Positions 56,489 through 64,000 of a DNA stretch of 64,000 nt are shown piece by piece. The notes beneath the pieces are model-generated. The model saw only the letters and a program-made list of their open reading frames with translations. It had not been told where the DNA came from and made no database searches. Origin of the DNA: Alphaproteobacteria bacterium (GTDB lineage: Bacteria > Pseudomonadota > Alphaproteobacteria > Rs-D84); the NCBI GenBank assembly GCA_015062525.1, contig SUUM01000001.1, positions 132,931 to 196,930 on the forward strand, read 5' to 3'. A program made the position numbers and the translations under genes. The number at the start of each line of letters is the position of its first letter. The stretch's first letter is position 1.

Positions 56489-58225
56489 TTATCTCTCGAA
56501 CCAGGTATCGATTTCAGTCATCGGGATAAACTTGTACACCGGTCGCCCGTGATTACATTGCCCCGCCCGTTCAGTCCTTTCAATATCGCGCAACAGCGCA
56601 TCCATCTGCATCATATCCAGTTTCTGTCCCGCCCGCACAGAATGGTGGCACGCCCAGTTTGCCAACTTCAAATGCAACCGTTCATTTAACTGTGCTGAAT
56701 GTCCGTGTATACGCACCTCGTCCGCGATTGCATGCAACACATCCGCCCAGTTCATGTCCCAATCGGCGGGCTTTTCAAAAATCGCAATTGCATCCGCCCC
56801 AAATTCCCCGACATGCAATCCAGACGCCTTTAATTCATCTGCAATGGACGAAATCGCCACCACATCCGCATCCCGCATATTCACAACAATAGGTGTCAAC
56901 AGGGGCTGTGTCTTGATTTTATGTGTACGCAGTTTTTCATAGGTTATACGTTCATGGGCGGCATGCTGGTCCACAATAACCATATTGTCATCTTTTTGGG
57001 CAATTATATATTTATTCCCAACCTGTCCCACAACGCGCCCCAACGGCAAATCAATCACAACCGTATTGTCTATGTACGGCTTATTTTCTGAACTCTGCAC
57101 TCTGAACTCTGCACTCTGTTGCATTCCCCGCGGAAATGCGATTTCGTCCCTTACCTGAAAGATTTCCCGCCGAATACCAAAGTCAAATTTTACCGGTTCA
57201 ACATTTGCTCTTTGCTCATTGCTCTTTGCACTTTCCACAAACATTGGTTTTGCCAATGTTTGTGCCAATCTGTCCCGCAGTGTCTTGATAATAAAAGACC
57301 GCACATGATTTGGTTCCAGAAAATGTACCTCGGTCTTAGCGGGCGATACATTAACGTCCACCGCGTTTGTCGGCACCGTCAAATACAGCGCGCACAGCGG
57401 AAATTCACGCGCATGCATAACATCCATATACGCTGCCCTTAACGCACCAACCAAAACCTTGTCCTTGACCGGACGACCATTTACAAATAAATATTGATCA
57501 ACACTTGATGCGCGTCGCAAAGTTGGCTCAGAAATAAAACCGGTCAACCTCATCCCCGCATTACTGGACGACGTTGCATCAACTTCCAGCATTCGTCCCA
57601 CAACATCATCACCCATAACAGACGCAATTCGCGTCATCAAATCTTCATTTTTGTGGAAATGCCACTTGTTATTTAACACAAACCCGACATCCGCACGTGC
57701 CATAGCCAAACGTTTTACCACATCGACCACAGACATCATTTCCGCCCGGTCCCCACGCAAGAACTTTAATCGTGCGGGTGTTTTTGCAAACAAATTCTGC
57801 ACCCGAATCCGCGTTCCACTTTCCCAATTCGAAGGCTTTATCTCTTGGGTATTTGCATCAATCTGCCATCCATTGGTGTCTGCGCCATTACACGTATCAA
57901 TTACCATATCAGATACAGATGCGATTGATGGCAATGCCTCGCCCCGGAAACCCATAAAATTAATATCCAATAAATCATCCGTTGGCAATTTAGACGTCGC
58001 ATGACGCGTAATTGCCCGCGCCAGGTCATCACGCGACATACCCGAACCATTATCAACAATACTAATTAACGTGCGTCCACCATCGACAACATCTATCACA
58101 ATCTGGTCCGCCCCCGCATCCAGCGCATTTTCCACCAGTTCTTTAACCACACTTGCGGGACGTTCCACCACCTCGCCTGCGGCGATTTGATTAATCAGAA
58201 AATCCGGCAAAACGCGAACCGCCAT
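56489..58225 (-). CDS. mutL: DNA mismatch repair protein MutL
   Basis: It has an N-terminal GHKL ATPase (QIAAGEVVERPASVVKELVENALDAG) and a C-terminal dimerisation domain. Confidence 0.95.
   Translation of the reverse strand: MAVRVLPDFLINQIAAGEVVERPASVVKELVENALDAGADQIVIDVVDGGRTLISIVDNGSGMSRDDLARAITRHATSKLPTDDLLDINFMGFRGEALPSIASVSDMVIDTCNGADTNGWQIDANTQEIKPSNWESGTRIRVQNLFAKTPARLKFLRGDRAEMMSVVDVVKRLAMARADVGFVLNNKWHFHKNEDLMTRIASVMGDDVVGRMLEVDATSSSNAGMRLTGFISEPTLRRASSVDQYLFVNGRPVKDKVLVGALRAAYMDVMHAREFPLCALYLTVPTNAVDVNVSPAKTEVHFLEPNHVRSFIIKTLRDRLAQTLAKPMFVESAKSNEQRANVEPVKFDFGIRREIFQVRDEIAFPRGMQQSAEFRVQSSENKPYIDNTVVIDLPLGRVVGQVGNKYIIAQKDDNMVIVDQHAAHERITYEKLRTHKIKTQPLLTPIVVNMRDADVVAISSIADELKASGLHVGEFGADAIAIFEKPADWDMNWADVLHAIADEVRIHGHSAQLNERLHLKLANWACHHSVRAGQKLDMMQMDALLRDIERTERAGQCNHGRPVYKFIPMTEIDTWFER
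57088..57122 (+). repeat. Heptanucleotide array (CTGNACT-type x5) inside the mutL linker
   Basis: The units are CTGAACT CTGCACT CTGAACT CTGCACT CTGTTGC. They are translated on the minus strand as ..QQSAEFRVQSSE.. Confidence 0.7.
57204..57238 (+). repeat. Heptanucleotide array (WTTGCNC x5) inside the mutL linker
   Basis: The units are TTTGCTC TTTGCTC ATTGCTC TTTGCAC TTTCCAC. They are translated on the minus strand as ..VESAKSNEQRANV.. Confidence 0.7.
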
Positions 58226-58234
58226 ATTTACGCC

Positions 58235-58705
58235 CTATTCCTTGAATGACACGGACAAAATTTCGTATTCTTTTTCACCACCGGGCAACCTGACAACACA
58301 CGTATCACCAACACACCGCCCAATCATCGCGCGCCCCACCGGCGAAGTACATGAAATCACCGTACGTCCATCGGATTCAATATCGGACAATATACGGCAT
58401 TGCATTTTATTACCATCTTCGTCTTCGGCAACAACACGCGCGCCAAACACAACACGATTCCCCGTCAGCGAATCCACATCAATCACTGCGGCATTTTCAA
58501 TCACATTTTCGATAAATCTAATACGCGCATCAATCTGGCGTTGCTTTTCTTTGGCTGCACTGTAATCTGCGTTTTCCGACAAATCCCCCAGCGACCGCGC
58601 CCATTGAACAGTCTTTAAAATCTCAGGTCTTTGGTTTTCCTGTAAATCCTTTAATTCTTTAATCAGCGCATCAAACCCAGCGCGTGAAATCGGCTTTTTT
58701 TCCAT
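58235..58705 (-). CDS. greA: Transcription elongation factor GreA
   Basis: It is GreA-like (LSENADYSAAKEKQ...). I chose the ATG at 58705. Confidence 0.92.
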   Translation of the reverse strand: MEKKPISRAGFDALIKELKDLQENQRPEILKTVQWARSLGDLSENADYSAAKEKQRQIDARIRFIENVIENAAVIDVDSLTGNRVVFGARVVAEDEDGNKMQCRILSDIESDGRTVISCTSPVGRAMIGRCVGDTCVVRLPGGEKEYEILSVSFKE

Positions 58706-58797
58706 AACATCTTTCCTATTTTCTATAATTATTGGCAAATTATACGAAATCATTTTAATTTTGCAATTATGAAATTTCGCGTTATACTATACATAAT

Positions 58798-59856
58798 ATG
58801 TTCAGGACTAATATCTTAACCCGCTTTTTATTACGCCGCTTTTTCTCGGGCGTTGGTCTTGTTATGCTGGTCGTATGCGGCATTATATTCGCCGTCACAT
58901 TTGTAGAACGCCTGCCATCGAATCCGACTGCACTTGCGGCATTATATGAATCCTGGGTCCGTTTGCTGGAATACGTACCAATGTTTTTACCCCTGGCGGT
59001 ATTCATGGGTACACTGCTAACATCATACAACCTGACAAAATCTACCGAAAATATTATTATATCCAGTGCGGGCCTGTCCCCGTATCAGTCAACCAAACCA
59101 TTTCTGGTTGGCGCATTTTTAATTGGTGTTTTTGCGACGACTGTTATCAATCCATACTCGGTCAACATTAGTGTTCAAAACATTACCCCCGACAACCTGC
59201 AATTAATTGACGATACAATTTGGTTGCGCGAAGAATCCGAAAACGGATTCATAACAATGAACGCAAAAAACGTACACAAGGCGGGCAACATCCTGATTTT
59301 TGAAAACGCAACTGTATATACCCAAACACCCAACTTCAAATTAATTAATCGCATCCAGGCAAATACAATTACCCTGTCTGACATTGGTCTATCCGCGCAT
59401 AACGCGGTTATCTGGAACGCGGACGGCACAACGATACGTGGCGATTGGAAAAAGCAAACATTAATCACCCCGCAAACGGTTCTGGATCGATACCTACAAC
59501 CAGATCAGATTTCATTCTGGCAATTGCCAGATTTTATCCGGCGCATGGAATCAATTGGTGTACCCGTCCGTGGTCATCGGGTACAACTATGGACATTATT
59601 ATTCCTGCCCCTAACAACAATAGCGATGGCGACATTAGGTGTTGCATTTTCTCAAACAAAACAACGCCGCAATTACAGTTTTGGTATTAAATTCAGTCTG
59701 GGTATCATCACATGTTTTGCGGTATATTTTCTAATAAATATGTTCAATGCATTGGGTGCGACTGGCGCCCTGCCACCGGTATTATCTATTATTGCCCCAC
59801 CACTTATTATAATTGCGGGCGCGGGCATATTTATGAACAGTTTTGATACAATCTAA
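58798..59856 (+). CDS. LPS export ABC permease, LptF/LptG (YjgP/YjgQ) family
   Basis: It has six TM helices with a large periplasmic loop and a family-typical N-terminus. Confidence 0.75.
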   Translation: MFRTNILTRFLLRRFFSGVGLVMLVVCGIIFAVTFVERLPSNPTALAALYESWVRLLEYVPMFLPLAVFMGTLLTSYNLTKSTENIIISSAGLSPYQSTKPFLVGAFLIGVFATTVINPYSVNISVQNITPDNLQLIDDTIWLREESENGFITMNAKNVHKAGNILIFENATVYTQTPNFKLINRIQANTITLSDIGLSAHNAVIWNADGTTIRGDWKKQTLITPQTVLDRYLQPDQISFWQLPDFIRRMESIGVPVRGHRVQLWTLLFLPLTTIAMATLGVAFSQTKQRRNYSFGIKFSLGIITCFAVYFLINMFNALGATGALPPVLSIIAPPLIIIAGAGIFMNSFDTI

Positions 59857-59876
59857 GACATACGGGGTACAAAGAC

Positions 59877-60011
59877 ATGCCATTAAAAAAGAAAAAAAAT
59901 TCCAAATTCCCACGTATTTTAATGTGGATATTGATTGCTATATTGGTCGTATTAATGATTATTTCTTTTGCGCCAACATCGCACATGACAGAAATCGTGG
60001 TGTACCCATAA
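59877..60011 (+). CDS. Small membrane protein candidate (44 aa)
   Basis: I found this ORF by hand translation: MPLKKKKNSKFPRILMWILIAILVVLMIISFAPTSHMTEIVVYP. It fills the lpt-xerD gap almost exactly, and its stop is 1 nt before the xerD ATG. Confidence 0.25.
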   Translation: MPLKKKKNSKFPRILMWILIAILVVLMIISFAPTSHMTEIVVYP

Positions 60012-60012
60012 C

Positions 60013-60864
60013 ATGAATTATATTGAAATATTTTTAGAAGCCCTGTCTGCCGAACGCGGTCGCAGCATAAAAACACTAAGCGGTTATGAATCAGACCTGC
60101 GTCTGGCAAATGACGCCATTGCGGGCGGATTAATTGGCGCGGACGCAAACGCCATACAAAAGTATCTGGCATCTTTGCCGGACAAGCCATCATCAATCGC
60201 GCGCAAGGCATCCGCCCTGCGTGGTTTCTATAAATTTTTAATGATGGAAAAAATCATATCGCACAACCCAACCGCCAACCTTGAATTACCCAAACGAACG
60301 CGCACATTACCAAAATTCTTATCTATTGATGAAATTGAATTATTAATTTCCAGTGCGGGCGACATAAAAAACTCAATACGCCTGCGCGCGATGATTGAAT
60401 TGCTGTACGCATCGGGTCTGCGTGTTTCGGAATTATGTGAATTACCAATGACGGGTGTCCTGGGCGACAAATTACTTATTCATGGCAAGGGCGCCAAAGA
60501 ACGCCTGGTCCCAATGCACGATGCTGCAATACATGCCCTGAATAAATGGCTGGATGCACGTGGCGACAACGAATCCAAATACGTGTTTCCATCGAACGGA
60601 AAAACGGGCCACATCACCCGCGACGGATTTTTCAAGATATTGAAAAAATGCGCTATCTTGGCGGGCATTGACCCAAACCGCGTCAGTCCGCACGTCCTGC
60701 GCCATTCATTTGCATCCCACCTGTTGGCGGGTGGCGCAAACCTGCGCGCAATTCAAACAATGCTGGGACACGAAGACATTTCCACAACCCAGATTTACAC
60801 CCACGTCATGCCACACGAATTAATGGACACAGTCGAGGCACATCATCCCCTGGCCAAGAAATAA
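60013..60864 (+). CDS. xerD: Tyrosine recombinase XerD (XerC/D family)
   Basis: The R-H-R-Y catalytic set is present (ASGLRVSEL, HVLRHSFA, GHEDISTTQIYTHV). It is 283 aa. Confidence 0.8.
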   Translation: MNYIEIFLEALSAERGRSIKTLSGYESDLRLANDAIAGGLIGADANAIQKYLASLPDKPSSIARKASALRGFYKFLMMEKIISHNPTANLELPKRTRTLPKFLSIDEIELLISSAGDIKNSIRLRAMIELLYASGLRVSELCELPMTGVLGDKLLIHGKGAKERLVPMHDAAIHALNKWLDARGDNESKYVFPSNGKTGHITRDGFFKILKKCAILAGIDPNRVSPHVLRHSFASHLLAGGANLRAIQTMLGHEDISTTQIYTHVMPHELMDTVEAHHPLAKK

Positions 60865-60878
60865 AAAAGGTATAAATA

Positions 60879-61382
60879 ATGATAAAAAAATGTGATAAAC
60901 CAGGTTGCACCAAAGCAGGCACATGTCGCGCCCCAAAATCACGAGATTTGCGTGAATACTGGTTTTTTTGCACCGAACATGCCGCCGAATACAACAAAAA
61001 TTGGAACTATTACGCCGACATGACCCCGGACGAGATTGAGGCCGACTGGGAACGCCAGACATTCGGCGAACCATTAAAGGACAAAAACACGGCAAAATCA
61101 GACGCATCCGATTACGCAAAATTTATTAATGATTTTATCATGGGCCGCGGCAAATTCGATAAAATGCCCGCACGCAGTAAATTACCCACCAACGTTGTAT
61201 CTGCATTAAAGGTGTTTGATTTGGGCATATCTGCCACATGGCGCGAAGTTGGGGTAAAATACCGTGCACTTGCGAAAAAGTATCACCCAGATACCGCAAC
61301 CGACAAGAAAAATGCCGCCACCGAATTTGCGCGCATTGGTACCGCATATGAAATTCTAAAAAAACATTTCGGAAAAAAATGA
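60879..61382 (+). CDS. J-domain protein with an N-terminal Cys-rich segment
   Basis: It has a C-terminal J domain with the HPD motif (YHPDTA). The N-terminus CDKPGC...C...FCTEH is typical of small alphaproteobacterial DnaJ-like proteins. Confidence 0.7.
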   Translation: MIKKCDKPGCTKAGTCRAPKSRDLREYWFFCTEHAAEYNKNWNYYADMTPDEIEADWERQTFGEPLKDKNTAKSDASDYAKFINDFIMGRGKFDKMPARSKLPTNVVSALKVFDLGISATWREVGVKYRALAKKYHPDTATDKKNAATEFARIGTAYEILKKHFGKK

Positions 61383-61386
61383 ACAT

Positions 61387-61412
61387 TCCCTGCGTATGCG
61401 GGGATTTTATTT
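61387..61412 (+). terminator. Terminator
   Basis: TCCCTGC-GTAT-GCGGGGA is followed by a T-run. Confidence 0.55.
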
Positions 61413-61484
61413 GGAAAAGATACCTGCTGACCCCACGACTATTTTTTTATAAAATGACAATGAACATAACAATCGGGGGACATA

Positions 61485-62000
61485 ATGCTATTAAAATCAA
61501 AAATTTGTATAACGTCATTAGTTATATATGAAATTATTGCCGTATCAATTTTGCACTTTCAACGCATTTGCGACGCAATATTTACAAGTGCCTTCTGCGA
61601 CAGTTGGTATCGTTATTTTCTGTTTTGCGTGGCGATTCCATTGGTCGCATTATTGATATGGATGTGGATAAGTGAAATCATCCGCGTACACCGCCGGCAC
61701 AAATTCATCCGCCGTGCCAAAAATGCCGCCAGTGGAATACTGTCCAGCATACGTGGACACGTATCTGACAACATATCACACGCAGACATGGAAAAAATAA
61801 TAACCGCGGCCGTATTGATTGGCATCAAGCGCTATGCCGACCGTCATCCAAACCTGCGCAAAAATATAAACAACATCATTGGCATGGCAAATGGCGAAAT
61901 TGACATTGATTTAATGTCCACAGACGATGAAGAACCGGTCAAAAAGCCACGCAAAACGAATAAAAAAAGTGGCACAAAACCCACCAAAAAACGCAAATAA
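61485..62000 (+). CDS. Hypothetical membrane protein with a Lys-rich tail
   Basis: It has two or three hydrophobic helices and the basic C-terminus KKPRKTNKKSGTKPTKKRK. Confidence 0.4.
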   Translation: MLLKSKICITSLVIYEIIAVSILHFQRICDAIFTSAFCDSWYRYFLFCVAIPLVALLIWMWISEIIRVHRRHKFIRRAKNAASGILSSIRGHVSDNISHADMEKIITAAVLIGIKRYADRHPNLRKNINNIIGMANGEIDIDLMSTDDEEPVKKPRKTNKKSGTKPTKKRK

Positions 62001-62034
62001 AGATTCCTGTTCTCACACCCCCAGCAACGGGAAA

Positions 62035-62135
62035 AAATTAAAGATAATTGTATAGATAAACGGGTTGGAAATGGCGTAGTGTACACAAACGTACATGAGC
62101 CATTGCCAACCCGCTTTAGATATGCCACTAGATTT
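62035..62135 (-). repeat. Long-hairpin repeat family, copy C
   Basis: It has the left flank AAAGATAATTGTATAGATA, the stem ACGGGTTGGAAATGGC / GCCATTGCCAACCCGC, the core GTAGTGTACACAAACGTACATGA and the right flank TAGATATGCCACTAGATTT. Confidence 0.8.
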
Positions 62136-62139
62136 AATT

Positions 62140-62313
62140 TTAATCAACTTTCAGATGACCAGAACGCCCACTCTTTAACCATTCCAAAACCGCGATTCTG
62201 GACTCTACACCAATTTTATCCTGCTCAGATTCTGCATCTACTTTTTTCAATTCTTCAATAACCGCATCAATTTTAGCAAGAACATTTTCATTCAAAACTT
62301 TACTTTTTGTCAT
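62140..62313 (-). CDS. Small hypothetical protein (57 aa) flanked by hairpin-family copies
   Basis: The ATG at 62313 has AAGGAG 7 nt upstream. The predicted helical sequence is MTKSKVLNENVLAKIDAVIEELKKVDAESEQDKIGVESRIAVLEWLK... Confidence 0.5.
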   Translation of the reverse strand: MTKSKVLNENVLAKIDAVIEELKKVDAESEQDKIGVESRIAVLEWLKSGRSGHLKVD

Positions 62314-62332
62314 TTCAAACTCCTTTATTAAA

Positions 62333-62416
62333 ATTAAAGATAATGGTATAGCCGAACGCGAACCCGCAACCATAGTGTACAGACGCTACATGAGGGGACG
62401 GCACCGTGCGTAGATG
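62333..62416 (-). repeat. Long-hairpin repeat family, copy D (chimeric, non-pairing left arm)
   Basis: It has the left flank AAAGATAATGGTATAG. Its core and right arm, TAGTGTACAGACGCTACATGAGGGGACGGCACCGT, are almost identical to copy A. Its left arm, CCGAACGCGAACCCGCAACC, is not complementary. Confidence 0.7.
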
Positions 62417-62421
62417 AATTA

Positions 62422-63321
62422 TTATAATTTATTTAAGTACGCGATTGCGTCCATTCCGGCGCTGCACCCCGTCCCCACAGCCGTCGCAATTTGCATCTTT
62501 AATTCGCTGTGCACATCGCCTGCGACATACATACCGGCCGGCAACGCGTCCGGTGCAATACGCCCCAATGCATCACGTTTAACATCCTCGGTCAGATAAT
62601 CTGTATTCGCCTCGTGCCCAATGGCAACAAACAAACCATCGGCAACGATTTGGTCGCCATCGGTTGTTGTGATAATCAACTCGCCATCTTGTGAATCCGG
62701 TTTTGCCGCAATCTTTGCCAAATCTGTATTAAACAGACATTCAATATTATCGCGTGCCTGAACCCGTTCACGCAAAACAGCCTCGGCGCGTGTGAATGCA
62801 GATTTACGATAAACAATTTTAACATTTTTCGCCAAATCAGCCAAATACAACGCATCGTTCAGCGCACTGTTTCCGCCACCCATAACGACGACGTTTTTCC
62901 CACTATAAAAGAACCCATCACACGTCGCACAATACGAAACACCGCGCCCCATAAATTCACGCGCACCTTCGATTTCCAATTTGCGCGGACTGGCACCCGT
63001 GGCGATAATCACAGTTTTACCAACAAATTCTTCATCGTTATCACACAGAACACGATACCCATTTTCCGCATCCCCCGTGATATTTTTTGCACTAATAAAT
63101 TTTACTGTGGCACCAAATGTTTCACATTGTTTTTGCATAAACTGTGCCAATTCAAAACCGGAACCGGCCCACCCCGGATAGTTTTCCAGTGTTGCAATAC
63201 CCGCCATCTGACCACCCAACCGGTCGCCACCGATAACAATCGTCTTTTTATTTGCACGCGCTGTGTACAACGCCGCGGTCAAACCGGCCGGTCCTGAACC
63301 CAATATAATTACATCATACAT
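62422..63321 (-). CDS. trxB: Thioredoxin-disulfide reductase
   Basis: It has the FAD motif GSGPAG and the redox centre CATCDG. Confidence 0.93.
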   Translation of the reverse strand: MYDVIILGSGPAGLTAALYTARANKKTIVIGGDRLGGQMAGIATLENYPGWAGSGFELAQFMQKQCETFGATVKFISAKNITGDAENGYRVLCDNDEEFVGKTVIIATGASPRKLEIEGAREFMGRGVSYCATCDGFFYSGKNVVVMGGGNSALNDALYLADLAKNVKIVYRKSAFTRAEAVLRERVQARDNIECLFNTDLAKIAAKPDSQDGELIITTTDGDQIVADGLFVAIGHEANTDYLTEDVKRDALGRIAPDALPAGMYVAGDVHSELKMQIATAVGTGCSAGMDAIAYLNKL

Positions 63322-63390
63322 GATAACCTTCCTTTATAACTTTACGCGACACAGATTACAAAACAAATGCCACCAACGCAAACGAATTTA

Positions 63391-63419
63391 TTGCAACGCG
63401 ACTTAAAAAGATTTATAAT
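63391..63419 (+). promoter_or_regulatory. Sigma70-like promoter upstream of serS
   Basis: It reads TTGCAA-N17-TATAAT. Confidence 0.55.
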
Positions 63420-63428
63420 CAGAACAAT

Positions 63429-63482
63429 ATGAAAATCGTTTGTGTATTTTTCTCGTCCATCTCATCCCCGTTGGGGGAATAG
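63429..63482 (+). promoter_or_regulatory. Candidate Ser-rich leader mini-ORF in the serS 5' region
   Basis: It encodes MKIVCVFFSSISSPLGE, with 4 Ser among 17 codons. It starts about 10 nt after the -10 element and has no clear RBS. Confidence 0.2.
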
Positions 63483-63571
63483 TTTATCGTACACTTTTTT
63501 GATTTTATAATTGCGAAACATTTCGCACCATAATAACATATATTCCAAATAAAAACCTAAGGAACAAAAAC

Positions 63572-64000
63572 ATGTTGGATATAAAATTTATTCGTGAAAA
63601 CCCAGACATTGTAAAAAACGCCTGCGCGACCAAGGGCATGCCCGACCATACCGATGAAATTTTGGCGTTGGACGTCCGTGTTCGCGAACTTAAAACAATT
63701 ACCCAGTCTAAAACGGCTGAAAAGAATAAAATCACACGCGAAATTCCAACCGCAACGGACCGCGCACCATTAATTGCACGCAGCAAAGCAATCGCAGACG
63801 AAATCGCGGCCGATATGGCGGAATTGGCGGACAAAGAATCCCAGTTAAATGATTTATTACACCGCGTTCCACAAATTCCATCACCCGATACCCCAATTGG
63901 TCGCGATGATACAGAAAATGTGGAAATCAAACGCATTGGCACACCACGCGAATTTGATTTCACGCCACGCGCCCAATGGGATTTATTGGAAATGAACGGT
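63572..64000 (+). CDS. serS: Serine--tRNA ligase, N-terminal part (continues beyond the window)
   Basis: Hand translation gives MLDIKFIRENPDIVKNA..., followed by the N-terminal coiled coil typical of SerS. AAGGAA lies upstream. Confidence 0.85.
   Translation, partial: MLDIKFIRENPDIVKNACATKGMPDHTDEILALDVRVRELKTITQSKTAEKNKITREIPTATDRAPLIARSKAIADEIAADMAELADKESQLNDLLHRVPQIPSPDTPIGRDDTENVEIKRIGTPREFDFTPRAQWDLLEMNG

Noticed and set aside
58785-58805. The palindrome ACATAATATGT as a candidate dif site.
   Set aside because: It lacks the architecture of two 11-bp arms around a 6-bp central region. It lies in the greA/lpt divergent promoter region and is more likely a promoter-associated AT-rich palindrome.
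60013-60864. XerD as a mobile-element or integron integrase marking an island.
   Set aside because: At 283 aa with standard XerC/D motifs, it lacks the extra domain of IntI. It sits in a housekeeping context between an lpt permease gene and a dnaJ-like gene, with no attachment-site tRNA or phage genes.
63505-63963. A 152-aa minus-strand ORF at the window end.
   Set aside because: It is antisense to the clear serS N-terminus (MLDIKFIRENPD...), which has an RBS and a promoter.

Overview
This looks like a compact, moderately AT-rich chromosomal segment from a Gram-negative bacterium. It is probably an alphaproteobacterium, possibly host-associated. That placement is inferred from a Ros/MucR regulator, an RHH_4 protein, gatCAB, a cysteine-less DksA, several small beta-barrel OMPs and the LolA/Lnt/Lpt/Tat/SecDF machinery. 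I call about 65 CDS. Most are housekeeping genes: ruvX, gatCAB, miaB, tatBC, lolA, nrnA-like, recJ, ftsL-ftsI, sufS-sufT-sufE, trxA, dksA, gltX, trmB, rarA, fabD, ftsK, typA, recA, ctp, secDF-yajC, mutL, greA, an lptF/G-type permease, xerD, trxB and serS. There are two tRNAs, Phe-GAA and Lys-CUU, each with a near-consensus sigma70 promoter and a related CGACC..GGTCG terminator. I saw no rRNA, CRISPR array, transposase, phage genes or integron integrase. Five things are not explained by ordinary annotation. (1) A four-copy family of long imperfect hairpins has a conserved apical module, conserved G.A-mismatch bases and covarying stems, at 36.9-37.1 kb and 62.0-62.4 kb; one pair brackets a 57-codon ORF and one copy looks chimeric. 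(2) A roughly 150-nt tRNA-like segment next to tRNA-Lys lies between duplicated terminators. (3) Dispersed arrays of five imperfect heptanucleotide repeats occur in the same orientation in intergenic DNA and in frame inside mutL and gltX. (4) An orphan four-gene operon at 25.5-27.6 kb ends in a SUKH-like protein and an RHH protein. (5) A long minus-strand gene string runs mucR, GH24-lysozyme/TPR membrane protein, in-frame YbeY-Lnt fusion, then two secreted cysteine-rich orphan proteins. A polysaccharide locus with a Stealth-family gene sits between typA and recA. All functional calls come from motif recognition by eye; no database search was run.
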